Below, in pieces: positions 1 to 12,843 of a stretch of 64,000 bases of DNA. The notes under the pieces are model-generated. The model was not told the origin of the DNA, did not search any database, and worked only from the letters and a program-made list of their open reading frames with translations. Origin of the DNA: Octopus sinensis (taxonomy: Eukaryota); contig NC_043001.1 in the NCBI RefSeq assembly GCF_006345805.1, forward strand, positions 112,530,001 to 112,594,000, given 5' to 3'. A program made the position numbers and the translations under genes. Numbering within the stretch: position 1 is the first letter of the stretch; every line of letters begins with the position of its first letter.

Positions 1-330
1 CACCAACGTCCTCTCAACGATTAGCAGGAGATGATTTTTAAAATGTCTGAAATAATCTCGACTGCTCTCACAAACGAGAATACTAAAAATGAACCCGACC
101 GCTCTCAAAAATTAAGTAAAGAAAAATGGAAAAATAATCCAGTATCAATGTCCGGTTCCGGATCGATCCCGAAATCTGATGAAGTCGTGCCAGTCACAAG
201 GTCAAACATTCCTGAAAGTTTCATCTGAATCCATCCAGCGGTTCTTGAGATATCTTGTCCATGGACAAACAAACAAACAAACAAACACGACTGAAAACAA
301 TACCTCCGCCATCGCTAAGGCGGAGTAAAT
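1..330 (-). mobile_element. Helentron/HINE (DINE-1-like) non-autonomous element, terminal part; continues beyond window start
   Basis: On minus: T-rich start, hairpin TACTCCGCC-ttagcgat-GGCGGAGGTA (301-328), then (GTTT)n and 'gatatctcaagaaccgctggatggattcagatgaaactttcagg'. This is the layout typical of HINE elements. Family assignment is by pattern recall only. Confidence 0.55.
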
Positions 331-358
331 AATCATTATTATTATTAGTAGTAGTATA

Positions 359-766
359 GGCGCAGGAGTGGCTGTGTGGTAAGTAGCTTGTTTACCAACC
401 ACATGGTTCCGGGTTCAGTCCCACTGCATGGCACCTTGGGCAAATGTCTTCTACTATAGCCTCGGGCCGACCAAAGCCTTGTGAGTGGATTTGGTAGACG
501 GAAACTGAAAGAAGCCCGTCGTATATATATATATGTATGTGTGTGTGTGTGTGTATTTGTGTGTCTGTGTTTGTCCCCCTAGCATTGCTTGACAACCGAT
601 GCTGGTGTGTTTATGTCCCCGTTACCTAGCGGTTCGGCAAAAGAGACCGATAGAATAAGTACTGGGCTTACAAAAGAATAAGTCCCGGGGTCGAGTTGCT
701 CGATTGAAGGCGGTGCTCCAGCATGGCCGCAGTCAAATGACTGAAACAAGTAAAAGAGTAAAGAGT
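359..766 (+). mobile_element. tRNA-derived SINE family A (octopus OK-like, ~410 bp), full length
   Basis: A-box-like GTGGCTGTGTGGTAA, B-box-like GGTTCAGTCCC, CORE-like GGCACCTTGGGCAA, central (TA)n/(TG)n, tail GGCGGTGCTCCAGCATGGCCGCAGTCAAATGACTGAAAC then (AAAGAGT)n. Several near-identical copies elsewhere in window. Confidence 0.9.
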
Positions 767-1282
767 ATACTAATAATAATATCAATAATGATAATAATAA
801 GAGTAAGAACACCAACAAGAACAAAAAGAAGAAGAATGAATTCAAGTATTGACTGACATAAGACCAGCAATTTTTGGGGGATGGGTAAATCGAATAATTA
901 ATTATAATAATAGCAATAATGATTATTATTAATTATAATAAAAATAATAATAACAATAATAACGATGACGATGATTGGTTCTTTATTATTAACCACCAAA
1001 TTCTTATAGTAATGGGGACGGCGATGGAGATAATTTAGTTTTTAGAAAACACAACACAACACGCACACATGTACATACACACACTCATATATACATGCTC
1101 ACGCGCACACACAGGAACTTCGAAGTAATATCATTGGTGATTTCTTTGATCATGTGCAATAGCAATGATGTTATTTCTTTGTAGAAAGAAAAATATAGAA
1201 GTTGTTATATTATAACATCGGTAGAAATAATGTTATTGTTACGCAAAACAAGTAATACCACATCTCAGTATCAATCATAAAA

Positions 1283-1815
<533 letters not shown>

Positions 1816-2153
1816 GGTATCAACGATGATGGGAGACAGGCATGAATTGAATAAAGCAAAGTGGATTGTGAAAAGTGAGAAAGGAAACCAAAACAATGAA
1901 GTAAATAAATTATAAAACAAAACAAAAAAAAACAAACGTAAAAAAGTTAAGCAATAAAAATACAATACATACGTACAGAGATACACACGTACATATATGC
2001 ATACATGTACATACACACACACACACATAAACACATACCCTCTATAAATATTTATATATATATAACGATGTATATATGTGCATGATTTTGTGTTCTGTAT
2101 GTGTTAGTGTGCGTGTGTATTATATATATATATATTATATATATATATATATC

Positions 2154-2189
<36 letters not shown>

Positions 2190-2315
2190 ATACATACATA
2201 CAACATACATACATATTTGTGTGCATGTGTGTGTGTGTTTACGTGTATGTATGTATAACTCTCTCTCTCTCTCTCTCTTGATATATATATAAAAAGATAT
2301 AGATATATATATGTA

Positions 2316-2361
<46 letters not shown>

Positions 2362-2492
2362 CATACATACATACATACATACATACATACATACATACAT
2401 ACATACATACATAGACCCACAGACAAACAGAAACAGACACACACACACATACACTCACCCACTCACATACACAACAAAGACATCAACACTGC

Positions 2493-2523
<31 letters not shown>

Positions 2524-3122
2524 TTTTTTGTGAATAAAGCCGGGTGCGAAAAAGAATTGTTCAAATGAAAAGATCATTTTTTTTTTTTTTTAATGGATTA
2601 CCACAACCACAGATATATCACCTATTATTCTTACAGTGAAAAACGTGCAAACATACCAAATAGGACAGCAACAACAGTCGGAACAATACCAACATAAAAA
2701 AAAGAAAAGAAAAATAATGAAAAATAAAACCGTTCTTAACTGGTTCCTCGCTTCTTTTCATTGATGGGTGTGAAAAAGAAAGATAAAATGGTTTGCTTCG
2801 TGATGAGGAATCGGGAAATATTATCTGAGGATCAATGATGTCAAGAGTCATTCTTAATAGACCTGCATGAATAAATGCACTTTTAGAAGTTGCATAACTA
2901 AATACACTTTGTCCTTCACTCCCATGCATGCACTTTTTCAGCGCACACCCAGGACATGTAATGGATGCGTAAAGCTTGTGTAACTGTCTGAATTATTTTA
3001 TGATAGTTTGTGAGGTTTACACAAAGACACATACACACACACATTCACACACTCACGCGCTCATGAACTCGCGCCGTGCACACACACACACACATACATA
3101 CATACATACATACATACATACA

Positions 3123-3168
<46 letters not shown>

Positions 3169-3202
3169 CGTATGTATATACACACGTAATCACAAACATA
3201 TG

Positions 3203-3234
<32 letters not shown>

Positions 3235-3296
3235 CTACCACGTATGTAAATATGTATGTATGTATGTATGGCTGTATGTATGTATCTATGTATGTT

Positions 3297-3328
<32 letters not shown>

Positions 3329-3904
3329 TGTATGTATGATAGAAACACATAAGCTCACAAGGCGGATTTTGGGGGATTCTGTGGCGTATATTCCCCCCTC
3401 GGATAAAGAAGAAAATCTGTGAATTTTTCGTGTTCCATTTTACAGCATGAAACAATACGTGTAACATTTCGAGGCATGTCATTCTTCCTAAACATGCTCC
3501 TCTCAGCTGGTACTTCAAGGCCCAATAATACTCACAGTGTAAAGTTTGATGCATTGTTGCATGAAGTAACGTGGAGGTTATACTAACACTTAGCTTAACT
3601 TAACTTAACTTAACTTAACACTCTCTACAATGCATCACACGATGTAGAAACACTTCTGCAATCTCCTAAACAAGATCACATAATTCTTCCTACCTCCTCC
3701 CACCAATAGAAAGAGGAACGGACAAAGCCTGTTTAACACTCCCGCTACACGTCCTTGGGGAACATTTAAGCGTAATCCACTCTATTGCAAAAAAAAAAAA
3801 CTGGATCAGTCTTGTGTCTAAGAATATCGACAAACTAATTGCGTTGTTTCTTACTTCACAAACGCATGAACTGTCGTTTCTGTAACAGTTTATTTTCATC
3901 AGCG

Positions 3905-4286
3905 TGGAGGCGCAATGGCCCAGTGCTTAGGGCAGCGGACTCGCGGTCGTAGGATCGCGATTTCGATTCCCAGACCGGGCGTTGTGAATGTTTATTGAGC
4001 GAAAACACTTAAAAGCTCTACGAGGCTCCGGCAGGGATGGTGGTGATCCCTGCTGTACTCTTTCACCACAACTTTCTCTCACTCTTACTTCCTGTTTCTG
4101 TTGTACCTGTATTTCAAAGGACAGGCCTTGTCACTCTCTGTGTCACGCTGAATATCCCGAGAACTACGTTAAGGATACACATGTCTGTGGAGTGCTCAGC
4201 CACTTACACGTTAATTTCACGAGCAGGCTGTTCCGTTGATTCGGATCAACCGGAACCTCATCGTCGTAACCGACGGAGTGCTTCCA
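3905..4286 (+). mobile_element. tRNA-derived SINE family B1 (OR1-like, ~380 bp) with TSD
   Basis: tRNA-like head TGGCCCAGTGCTTAGG...TTTCGATTCCC; tail CGTAACCGACGGAGTGCTTCCA; 12-bp TSD ATTTTCATCAGC (3892-3903 / 4286-4297). Confidence 0.9.
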
Positions 4287-4690
4287 TTTTCATCAGCCTC
4301 TAAGATCCTATACAAATATCCTTAGCGTCTTCGTCTTATGCGTGAATAGCATTCTCATATTAATTCTTGATTTAGTCACAAGGCCACACATGTACAGGAA
4401 GGGTGTATTAGCTATACTGACTCCGTTTTGGCTGGTCCTGTATTTTATCTGCATTGCTCTTTAATATTGTCATAAGACTTGAAAGTTTTAGAGTAAAATA
4501 TAACCGATTTGATTCGATTCTACACTACAACTACCATTATCCATGATATTAATGATTTTAAATATGCATACATTTACGTTATCCAGATTAGAGGAGCTAT
4601 GTGCGAGTCACTTATTTGAACGTTCTCACAAGAAGGACAAGCAAAATAGATCTAGGGGAGATATGAACAAGAAGTAAATAAAAGTAAATA

Positions 4691-5118
4691 GGCGCAGGAG
4701 TGGCTGTGTGGTAAGTAGCTTGCTAACCAACCACATGGTTCCGGGTTCAGTCCCAATGCGTGGCATCTTGGGCAAGTGTCTTCTGCTATAGCCCCGGGCC
4801 GACCAATGCCTTGTGAGTGGATTTGGTAGACGGAAACTGAAAGAAGCCTGTCGTATATATGTATATATATATATATGTGTGTATGTGTGTGTGTTTGTGT
4901 GTGTGTGTGTTTGCCCCCCTAGCATTGCTTGACAACCGATGCTGGTGTGTTTACGTCCCCATCACTTAGCGGTTCGGCAAAAGAGACCGATGGAATAAGT
5001 ACTGGGCTTACAAAGAATACGCCCCGGGGTCGGTTTGCTCGACTAAAGGCGGTGCTCCAGCATGGCCGCAGTCAAATGACTGAAACAAGTAAACGAGTAA
5101 AAGAGTAAGAGTAAAAGT
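4691..5118 (+). mobile_element. SINE family A (OK-like), full length
   Basis: Near-identical to 359-766 across head, microsatellite and tail. Confidence 0.9.
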
Positions 5119-5196
5119 AACTAGAACTGTTGCTCGAGCATTTAACGATACTACTATAAACCATGAACAAGGAAGGGAAAAGATGGCTATAAACTG

Positions 5197-5319
5197 GGGC
5201 TTGGTTGTGTGGTTAAGGAGCATGTTTTGCAGCAGCTACGTGGTTTCGGGATCAGTTTGCGGTACCTTGCCAGTGAATGAGTGAATTTGGTAGACAGTAA
5301 CCGAAAGAATTTTGTCGTA

Positions 5320-5395
<76 letters not shown>

Positions 5396-6150
5396 AGAAA
5401 TTAAATATAAAATATAAATTACAAAGTGGGACAAGAACGCAAAAACACACAAAGAGACGACACAAAAAAACAGACGGGTCACTCGAAGCCTCTAATCTTC
5501 AGTCGGAACCGGATCATCTTAGCAATTTCGGCTGTTTAATCTCGATATCACTCCGAGCCGGCCAGCCCCTAGGAAAAACTAAGCCAGAGGCATTAGATTT
5601 CTTGGAAAGAGGATCGAATGTATACGAAACAATCGACTTAAATTCGTTTGTCTGTTCTTGTTTGTCCCCTCTATGTTTAGCCCTTTGTGGGTAGTAAAGA
5701 AACATATATATATATATATATATATTATGGTAAAAACAGTAAGATAACAAAATAAAGAAAGAGACCTTAATATTATGTAAGTAGAGGAAATTTATCTGTA
5801 AAATAATATGTGACAATTATTCGGTAGCCAAGATAAAACTCTGAGTTTCGGATGCCGAGGTGGAAATCCACACCACCATCTCTTCGGTTATCTGGCCTAC
5901 AGATATATATATATATACATACATATGCACATGTATATGTGTGTGTGTGTGTCTTTTTATCTTCATCACCGCTTGACAACTGATATTGGTTTGTTTATAT
6001 TACGTAACTTAGAAGTTTGGCAAAAAGTGACCGATATTCTTAGTACTTAATTTTAAAAAGAAAAGATTAGAATTGGGATCGATCTGTTCGATTAAAGCCA
6101 TTCAAACCGGTGCCACAGCATGGCCGTGTTCCGAAGACTGAAATAAGCAA
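5197..6150 (+). mobile_element. Old family A SINE split by insertions into its central (TA)n
   Basis: Degenerate 5' half at ~5197-5318 (GGTTGTGTGGTTAAG...TTTGGTAGACAGTAACCGAAAGAA) and 3' half at ~5935-6150 (GCTTGACAACTGAT...GGTGCCACAGCATGGCCG...GACTGAAA). Between them are unrelated repeat fragments, including a family C tail (~5630-5702). Confidence 0.6.
5824..5900 (-). ncRNA. Type I hammerhead ribozyme-like motif, core variant CCGAAGA
   Basis: Minus strand: GTAGGCC-AGATAA | CCGAAGA | GATG..CATC | C-GAA | ACTC-A-GAGT | T | TTATCT-TGGCTAC. Helix I ~12 bp with bulges; helix III near-palindromic. Manual folding only. Confidence 0.6.
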
Positions 6151-6713
6151 ATGATATAAAATGAAAGATAAACACTGGCAGCAAAAGAGTTAAAAACAAC
6201 AAAGAAAATTCGGTGAAAAATGGGAATGAGTTCGCAGAGATAAGCACAAAGAAGAAAACAAAACACAAGAAGAAACGAAATTTTAAAAAATAACAAAAAA
6301 AAAAGAAAGAATAAAAGAAACGACAATACGCAGCACAAAAGAATAAAGTTTCTTTCATTTATTTAACGACTGGAATATTATTTCAAAGTTGTAAAATGTC
6401 AGATCGAATATTTGTCAGCCATATTTATGTTTCAGTTGCTTTCGAGTATACAGAACTTAAATGCCGAAAATAAACATAAAATGCTTCATCTAACAATATA
6501 AAGTTTTAATAGGTAAGCCTGAAAATTTTCAAAAACTACATTCGTCCTATTTCTCAAGGATAAAAACAAAGGGTGTGGGTGTGGCTGAAATATATACCTA
6601 TCTATCTATCTAGCTATCTGATTTTCAAATTTTTAAGTAAATCTATACGATATACACAGCAACCAGGAAACAGAAACACTGGCAAAGACTAATGCGTGAA
6701 TATATATACTATT

Positions 6714-7130
6714 ACTCTCTTTACTCTTTTACTCTTTTACTTGTTTCAGTCATTTGACTACGGTCATGCTGGAGCACCGCCTTTAGTCAAGCAAATCGAC
6801 CCCGGGACTTATTCTTTGTAATCCTAGTACTTATTCTATCGGTCTCTCTGCCGAACCGCTAATTTACGGGGTCGTAAACACACCAGCATCGGTTGTCAGG
6901 CAATGCTGGGGGACAAACACAGACACACAAACATACACGCACACATATATATATATATACATATATATACGACGGATTTCTTTGAGATTCCCTCTACCAA
7001 ATCCACTCAAAAGGATTTGGTCGGCCCGAGGCTATAGTAGAAGACACTTGCCCAAGGTGCCACGCAGTGGGACTGAGCCCGGACCATGTGGTTGATTAGC
7101 AAGCTACTTACCACACAGCCACTCCTGCGC
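6714..7130 (-). mobile_element. SINE family A (OK-like), full length
   Basis: Reverse complement of family A from ACTCCTGCGC (7121-7130) to the (TACTCTTT)n tail. Confidence 0.9.
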
Positions 7131-7143
7131 AAATAGGACTGTG

Positions 7144-7657
7144 AAAACAAGCAGGAAGGGCTGCTAAGCCTAAACGAGGTTGTGGTGGCCAACGCGTAAA
7201 TCAAGTTTGGACAGGAGACAGACAAGAACTCATCTTACTTGATCCAGCTACAACGGAGTAATTCTGATACGCACTCTATTATCTTTTTACTCTTTCGTTT
7301 TCTCTCTTCCTCTCTTATTCTTTGCCATCCCCTTCTTCCATTATTCTATCCTATTACTCTTTCGTTTGTTCTCTCTTAATCTTCTACCTCCTGTTTTTTC
7401 TCACTTATCCTATCTCCAATTTTTTCCTCTCCCCTTCACTCTGTCTGTCACTCTCCCTCTTTGACTCTTCCCCCGTTGTCCACGTAGCGACCATGAGACC
7501 ATCGGACATCTTTCTTCTCCTAGCTTGTGTTTCTTTATTTCTCTCCGTTGTAGATGGATCAAAGAAGACGTATTCTTGTCTGTCTCCTGTCCAAGCTTGA
7601 TTTACGCGTTCGCCACCACAACCTCGTTCAGGCTTAGCAGCCCTTCCTGTTGGTTTC
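7144..7657. repeat. Inverted pair of a ~110-bp unclassified repeat
   Basis: 7146-7258 is the diverged reverse complement of 7544-7655, with a pyrimidine-rich spacer. Confidence 0.75.
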
Positions 7658-7729
7658 ACTGTCCTCTTTGTGTTGCCAATTTTAACCGTCCACAAAATCC
7701 TGAATTTATTTAATTTGCTTTGCGAGAGC

Positions 7730-7916
7730 AACTGTTTTATCGAAAGCGTATATTGTTGTTAAATACTCGAAATAGGAGACTAGAAAAACAGCCAACAACT
7801 TATGAAAAGTTGTTTGTCTTGTTTTACATTTGTGTCTTTCGTTGTTCGAAAATATATTTCATATTCCATGTACTCGTACTTCGTATTTTTTGTTGTACAC
7901 GTTTCGTGACGTCCTG
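7730..7916 (+). repeat. Dispersed repeat, Penelope pseudo-LTR-like fragment
   Basis: Same family as the inverted pair at 10615-10962 (shared CATATTCCATGTACTCGTACTTCG and GTTTCGTGACGTCCTG). PLE assignment is inference. Confidence 0.55.
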
Positions 7917-8698
7917 AACTTGGTAATCCTAGACTTCAGATGTTACAAATATTTCTCGTTCGTTAGTCTGAAGTATTGTTTGCTTATGCGCACTGCCCTT
8001 ATGAGATGCATCTCTATTGTTGCATAGTGTGTCACGAAATACTAAAACATACGTAACAGATGAAGTACAAGAGTAGTAAGTCTATGTAAGTACAAGCGCA
8101 CACACACACTCACTCACACACAATCACGCACATACAGACACACAGACACGCATAAAGAAGTATGTGAATGGGTGAGTATATGAGCGTGCTTTTATGTATA
8201 GAAAGTGCACGTATAATTTTACCATTATATATGTGGAAACAATAAAATGTTTAAGTGCTCAATGCAGACGTCTGGGCCTTGGTATAGATACTGACGTATG
8301 ATGTATAAATATGCACAAACATACACAGACAGAACAGACACACGGGTACAGACACACACACACACACACACAAACGCATGCGCACACAAGCAAATACACA
8401 CACACATACAAAAACACGCACACACATATATCTGTGTGGCTGTGTATGTCTATGAATATATTATGTAACAAATCCAGTCCATTAGATAATGGATAAATTA
8501 TGCAAATATTGCCTTAAATAGAGACACGTTTAGACACATAGAAGTATACGTACAACGCGCGCGCACAGACACACACACACACGTGCACATATATACACAC
8601 ACATGTATATATACTTGCATATATATATATTTACATACATATATATGTATATACATGTATATATACATATACACACACAAACTCACACACACACACAC

Positions 8699-8744
<46 letters not shown>

Positions 8745-8745
8745 G

Positions 8746-8837
<92 letters not shown>

Positions 8838-9139
8838 TCACATATGTACCTACATCTTCATATATGTATACGAATGCGTGTATATATAAATATGTGAATC
8901 TACAGAAATGTATATGTGTTGAAGCAATTATGTCTCATTTCATTGTGACTCTCTTTCTCTATTTATTCGTTCTTCTATTGCACAGACTGAAAAAGACAGA
9001 ATGAGTGATTTCCGCTAATATTTTAATTCAACGTCGTATCTTTTTCCATCCACTGACATAGGGTGTCGTTTAAGTGAGAATTTGCAACTATTTCTCAGAA
9101 CAAATGCTTTTCAAATTGCCCTGTGAGATGGTAGAAATT

Positions 9140-9380
9140 GATGTATGACGCCGAGTGTTAAATAACAGAATATCTACGACTGGGCGAGACAACTCGCCGT
9201 GAGATGATGGAAAATGATTGACCTTAATATTTTGCTATGATTGTGGTTCATCGGTACCATGTACTCGAAAAGAATCGAAACGGAATGAACCGTCGTTCTC
9301 CGACATTTATACAAATAGTGTGAAATCTGTTTGCTTGTATGCTTCGGCGTAGTACATGTAAAGGAAAATTAATTTACTAA
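9140..9380 (+). repeat. Unclassified dispersed repeat, second copy at ~57440-57675
   Basis: Shared blocks in the same order: GAGTGTTAAA, GGCGAGACAACTCG, CGAAACG(G/A)AATGAA, GTGAAATCTGT, CGGCG...ACAT(G/A)TAAA. Confidence 0.6.
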
Positions 9381-9755
9381 TTAAAATCAGTAGTAAGAAT
9401 GTAAGCATTATGGTCTGGGACATTCAGTGTTCTTTAGCACTCCGCGTCATGTAGGGAACTTTAACAGGACACTTTCCCGCAGCAAATGGAGGTAACAATT
9501 AAACATATACACTTTGTAATGTCGACTTGTACGAGATTGTAGACGTCAGCACTGTCATACCAACCCATCGATACATTGAATTGTATATTAACAGTTATCG
9601 ATAAGCTAACATGGCAGTCCAGGAAAACAGGGCGAATGCTGCCGTTGATTAGCTCCAAAAGGCCATCACCTCTAGCTATCTATGTGACACACAAACCTGT
9701 GTCCATTACAAACTTCGAAGGGGGGGGTCAGTAGCTTCCCCTTGTTGGTTCACCA

Positions 9756-9796
9756 CCACAGACTAGTTTCGGGGTATTTGCCCCAACTCAATGTGG
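9756..9796 (-). ncRNA. Type I hammerhead-like motif (degenerate core TTGAGTT, intact helix I)
   Basis: Minus: CCACA | TTGAGTT | GGGGCA-AA-TACCCC | GAA | ACTAGT | C | TGTGG. Confidence 0.55.
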
Positions 9797-10197
9797 AGTA
9801 GCCGAACCCAGCAGGCGTCGCTGCTGACTGTTCGAAGATTTATTTATATATATAATCAGTGGAATATATCCCTGTGAATGTTGAACCAACAAGGGGAAGC
9901 TGCTGACCTCCCCTGTTCGAAGGTTGTTATGGACACAGATTTGTGTGTCACATAGCTAGCTAGAGGCGATGGCCTCTTGGAGCTAATCAACGGCAGCATT
10001 CGCCCTATTTTTCTGGACTGGCATGATAGCTTGGCGATAACTCTTAATATCAAGTACTGCTGCCGTAGTCACCTTTCGAGATATTTAGAAATATTAATAT
10101 TTCTATTTTTGAAAACCAGTAGATGTGTTGCACTGAATATATATAAATAAGCCTTCGAACAGACAGTCAGCAGCGACGCCTACTGAGTTCGGCTACT

Positions 10198-10238
10198 CCA
10201 CATTGAGAAGGGGTAAATACCCCGAAACTAGTCGGTAG
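10198..10238 (+). ncRNA. Type I hammerhead-like motif with U3-A8 core (TTGAGAA)
   Basis: CCACA | TTGAGAA | GGGGTA-AA-TACCCC | GAA | ACTAGT | C | GGTAG. GUC cleavage triplet; helix I is degenerate in this copy. Confidence 0.6.
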
Positions 10239-10484
10239 ATGTGGAACAAGCAAGAGGGACCTGCTGACCTCCCCTGTTCGAAGGTTGTAATGAGCACAGG
10301 TTTGTGTGTCACATAGCTAGCTAGAGGCGATCGCCTCTTGGAGATAGTCAACCGCAGTATTTGTTCTATTTTCCTGGACTGCCATATTAGCTTGGCGATA
10401 ACTATTTATATATATATATATATGCACATACGTATACGTATATACTTACATCTATGCGTATAATATATATAATATATATATATA

Positions 10485-10535
<51 letters not shown>

Positions 10536-10551
10536 GAGAGAAGAGAGAGAG

Positions 10552-10604
<53 letters not shown>

Positions 10605-10614
10605 TGTGCATATG

Positions 10615-10962
10615 TGGGCACAGGATGACACGTGTACAACAAAAATGCGAAGTACGAGTACATGGAATATGAATTGTTTTTCCGAACAACGAAAGACACA
10701 ACTGGAAAACAAGACAGACAACTCAAAGAACGACCCTTCATCACTTTATGGTTCTTTTCTACTCTCCTATTTCGAGCATTTAACAACATAAATGCTCGAA
10801 ATACGTGAGTAGAAAAACAGCCAACAACTGACGAAGGGTCATTTTTTGAGTTGTTTGTCTTGTTTTCCATTTGTTTCTTTCATTGTTCGAAAAAATAGTT
10901 CATATTCCATGTACTCGTACTTCGTATCTTTTGTTGCACATGTTTCGTGACGTCCTGTGCCC
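10615..10962. repeat. Head-to-head inverted pair of ~170-bp Penelope pLTR-like repeat
   Basis: 10615-10785 (minus) and 10790-10962 (plus) are diverged reverse complements. Same family as 7730-7916. Confidence 0.7.
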
Positions 10963-10999
10963 CCCACACACACACATACATACATATATATATATATAT

Positions 11000-11291
11000 C
11001 ACGTGATCACATGATCACGTGACCAACCAGTCCATCAGATGTAGTTACACATCGCTGGTCACAATGCGTTCGCATTGTTTTAGCCTTCGAATGACGCCAC
11101 CCCGCTGGCTAAGCGAGCAGGCCAACAGAAGAAAGAGTGGGAGAAAGAGTGGTGAAAGAGTACAGCAGGGATCACCTCCTGCCGGATTTTAGGTGTTTTC
11201 GCTCAATAAACACTCACAACGCCCAGTCTGGGAATCGAAATCGCGATCCTACGACCGCGAAGTCCGCTGCCCTAACCACTGGGCCATTGCG
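11000..11291 (-). mobile_element. tRNA-derived SINE family B2 (OR2-like), small internal deletion
   Basis: Same head as B1 (CGCAATGGCCCAGTGGTTAGGGCAGCGGAC) but a different tail ending GGTCACGTGATCA(T/C)GTGA. Confidence 0.85.
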
Positions 11292-11346
11292 ACTCACACA
11301 CACACACACAGACACACACCAGATATATATATATAATATATATATA

Positions 11347-11402
<56 letters not shown>

Positions 11403-11467
11403 TATATATATACGTAAAGATGTAAGTATGTACATATACAAATGTATATATACATACACACACACAC

Positions 11468-11498
<31 letters not shown>

Positions 11499-11702
11499 GC
11501 TGAAGGGTTAAAATTAATCAAAGGACATACTAAGTGTGTCTACCTGCTGGAAATAACAGTCAAAACTCTCATTTAAATCGCCAAAATATACTGATAATAA
11601 CTACAGAAATCAACCGTCCGGAGGGAAACGAACTAAGACAATCTCTCAGCATACATTCAAGTATTTGGAAGTGAATTATTTTCTCGTGATTGCTCCGTAT
11701 TG

Positions 11703-11764
<62 letters not shown>

Positions 11765-12639
11765 ATGTATGTATGTATGTATGTATGTATGTATGTATGT
11801 ATGTATGTATGTATGTATATGTATATTCGTTAATACCCAATTCTTAACGAAGGCAAGTAGACAAAATATTTAAAATGTTTGCTACTCTTAATATAAAGGA
11901 CTTAATTTAAACTGATTATCTTCTTTGCAATAACTGCTGTCAGTGCTCTACATGACAAACCTACTCTGAGATTTCTAATTTAAAATCCGCATAAATAGAT
12001 GGCGATAGAGACGGCGTTGTGTTCGAAGAAATTTTCCTCTACAAACATTACGAAGTATAAACTAATATGTAATAGCAGTCGATATATATTATCCATGCCC
12101 AGAATGAAGACACCAGAAACGGCTTGTGAAGTTTGTTTGTGGTCAAGACTAGTATAATAACTAAATTTTTGAGCTCTTTCACAGCGTAGAAATTCCCTAG
12201 AAGTAATTCATCTGTATGTGGAACTCTTGTCTCTGTCCTCTTTTTTCTTCTCTCCAACTTATTGAACTGTGAACGTGCAACAAAAGAAAAGAACGAAAAA
12301 GACATTTCGTTTGAATGTCTTGTAAACTATATCCGCTTGAAAATTTATTGGCCTCGGGTTATGTCATGCTGGTAATTTCAAATAGGGATGAAATGGCGCT
12401 ATACATGGTCACCGATGATTAAGCACAATATTTAAGATCTTTGTAATGAGTAGTAAACATTATTAAATATGTAGCTTCTGTGGATCTTCGTTACTCTTAA
12501 AATTTAATACATTTAAATTTTTCAGTCCCCTATGATGTCGAATTTATCTAGAAGTAATTATAATCCTTACAATAACAAGCGCCAGAGCTCCTCATTCTTT
12601 TAAAGAGAGAATACACAAATAATACTATATATATTCATA

Positions 12640-12843
12640 CGAGGAGCCGAAAAGTTCCTTGCTTTGAGTGAAAGAAAATACAGGAGGGTCAGTTAATTAA
12701 GATTTTATTCAAAATATTCCCCACTCAGATTCACACACTTATTGCAGCGGTCATTCTAGGCCCTGTAAAAAAACTTGGAAGGTTGGGCCTCCAACCAGGC
12801 CTTTCGCAATACCTTAAGTTAGGACCTTTTCTACACCGCCTCG
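12640..12843. mobile_element. Mariner-type MITE (~200 bp)
   Basis: TA-CGAGGAGCCGAAAAGTTCCT ... AGGACCTTTTCTACACCGCCTCG-TA: degenerate TIRs with flanking TA. Confidence 0.6.

Larger units (their letters stand above)
9590..10402. mobile_element. Hammerhead-containing repeat in three copies (one inverted), Penelope pLTR/retrozyme-like
   Basis: Copy 1 at ~9590-9850 (minus), partial copy 2 at ~9880-10050 (plus), copy 3 at ~10140-10402 (plus). Copies 1 and 3 contain the hammerhead fold. Confidence 0.7.

Noticed and set aside
5440-5620. Possible hammerhead on minus (CTGAAGA..TTCGA; CCGAAA)
   Set aside because: Could not build consistent helices. Probably a decayed pLTR-like fragment.
7595-7640. 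CTGAACGAG...GCGAACGCGTA on minus resembling a hammerhead
   Set aside because: Core spacing is wrong, GAAA is incomplete and there is no helix I.
7730-7792. Hammerhead-like scaffold CTGTTTT..GTAT..ATAC-TC-GAAA..AAAACAG
   Set aside because: Core heptamer and helix III are not recognisable, so it is not counted.
12048-12305. 85-aa ORF with ordinary composition
   Set aside because: No recognisable domain or convincing splice context. A small host exon in such unique stretches cannot be excluded without RNA-seq.
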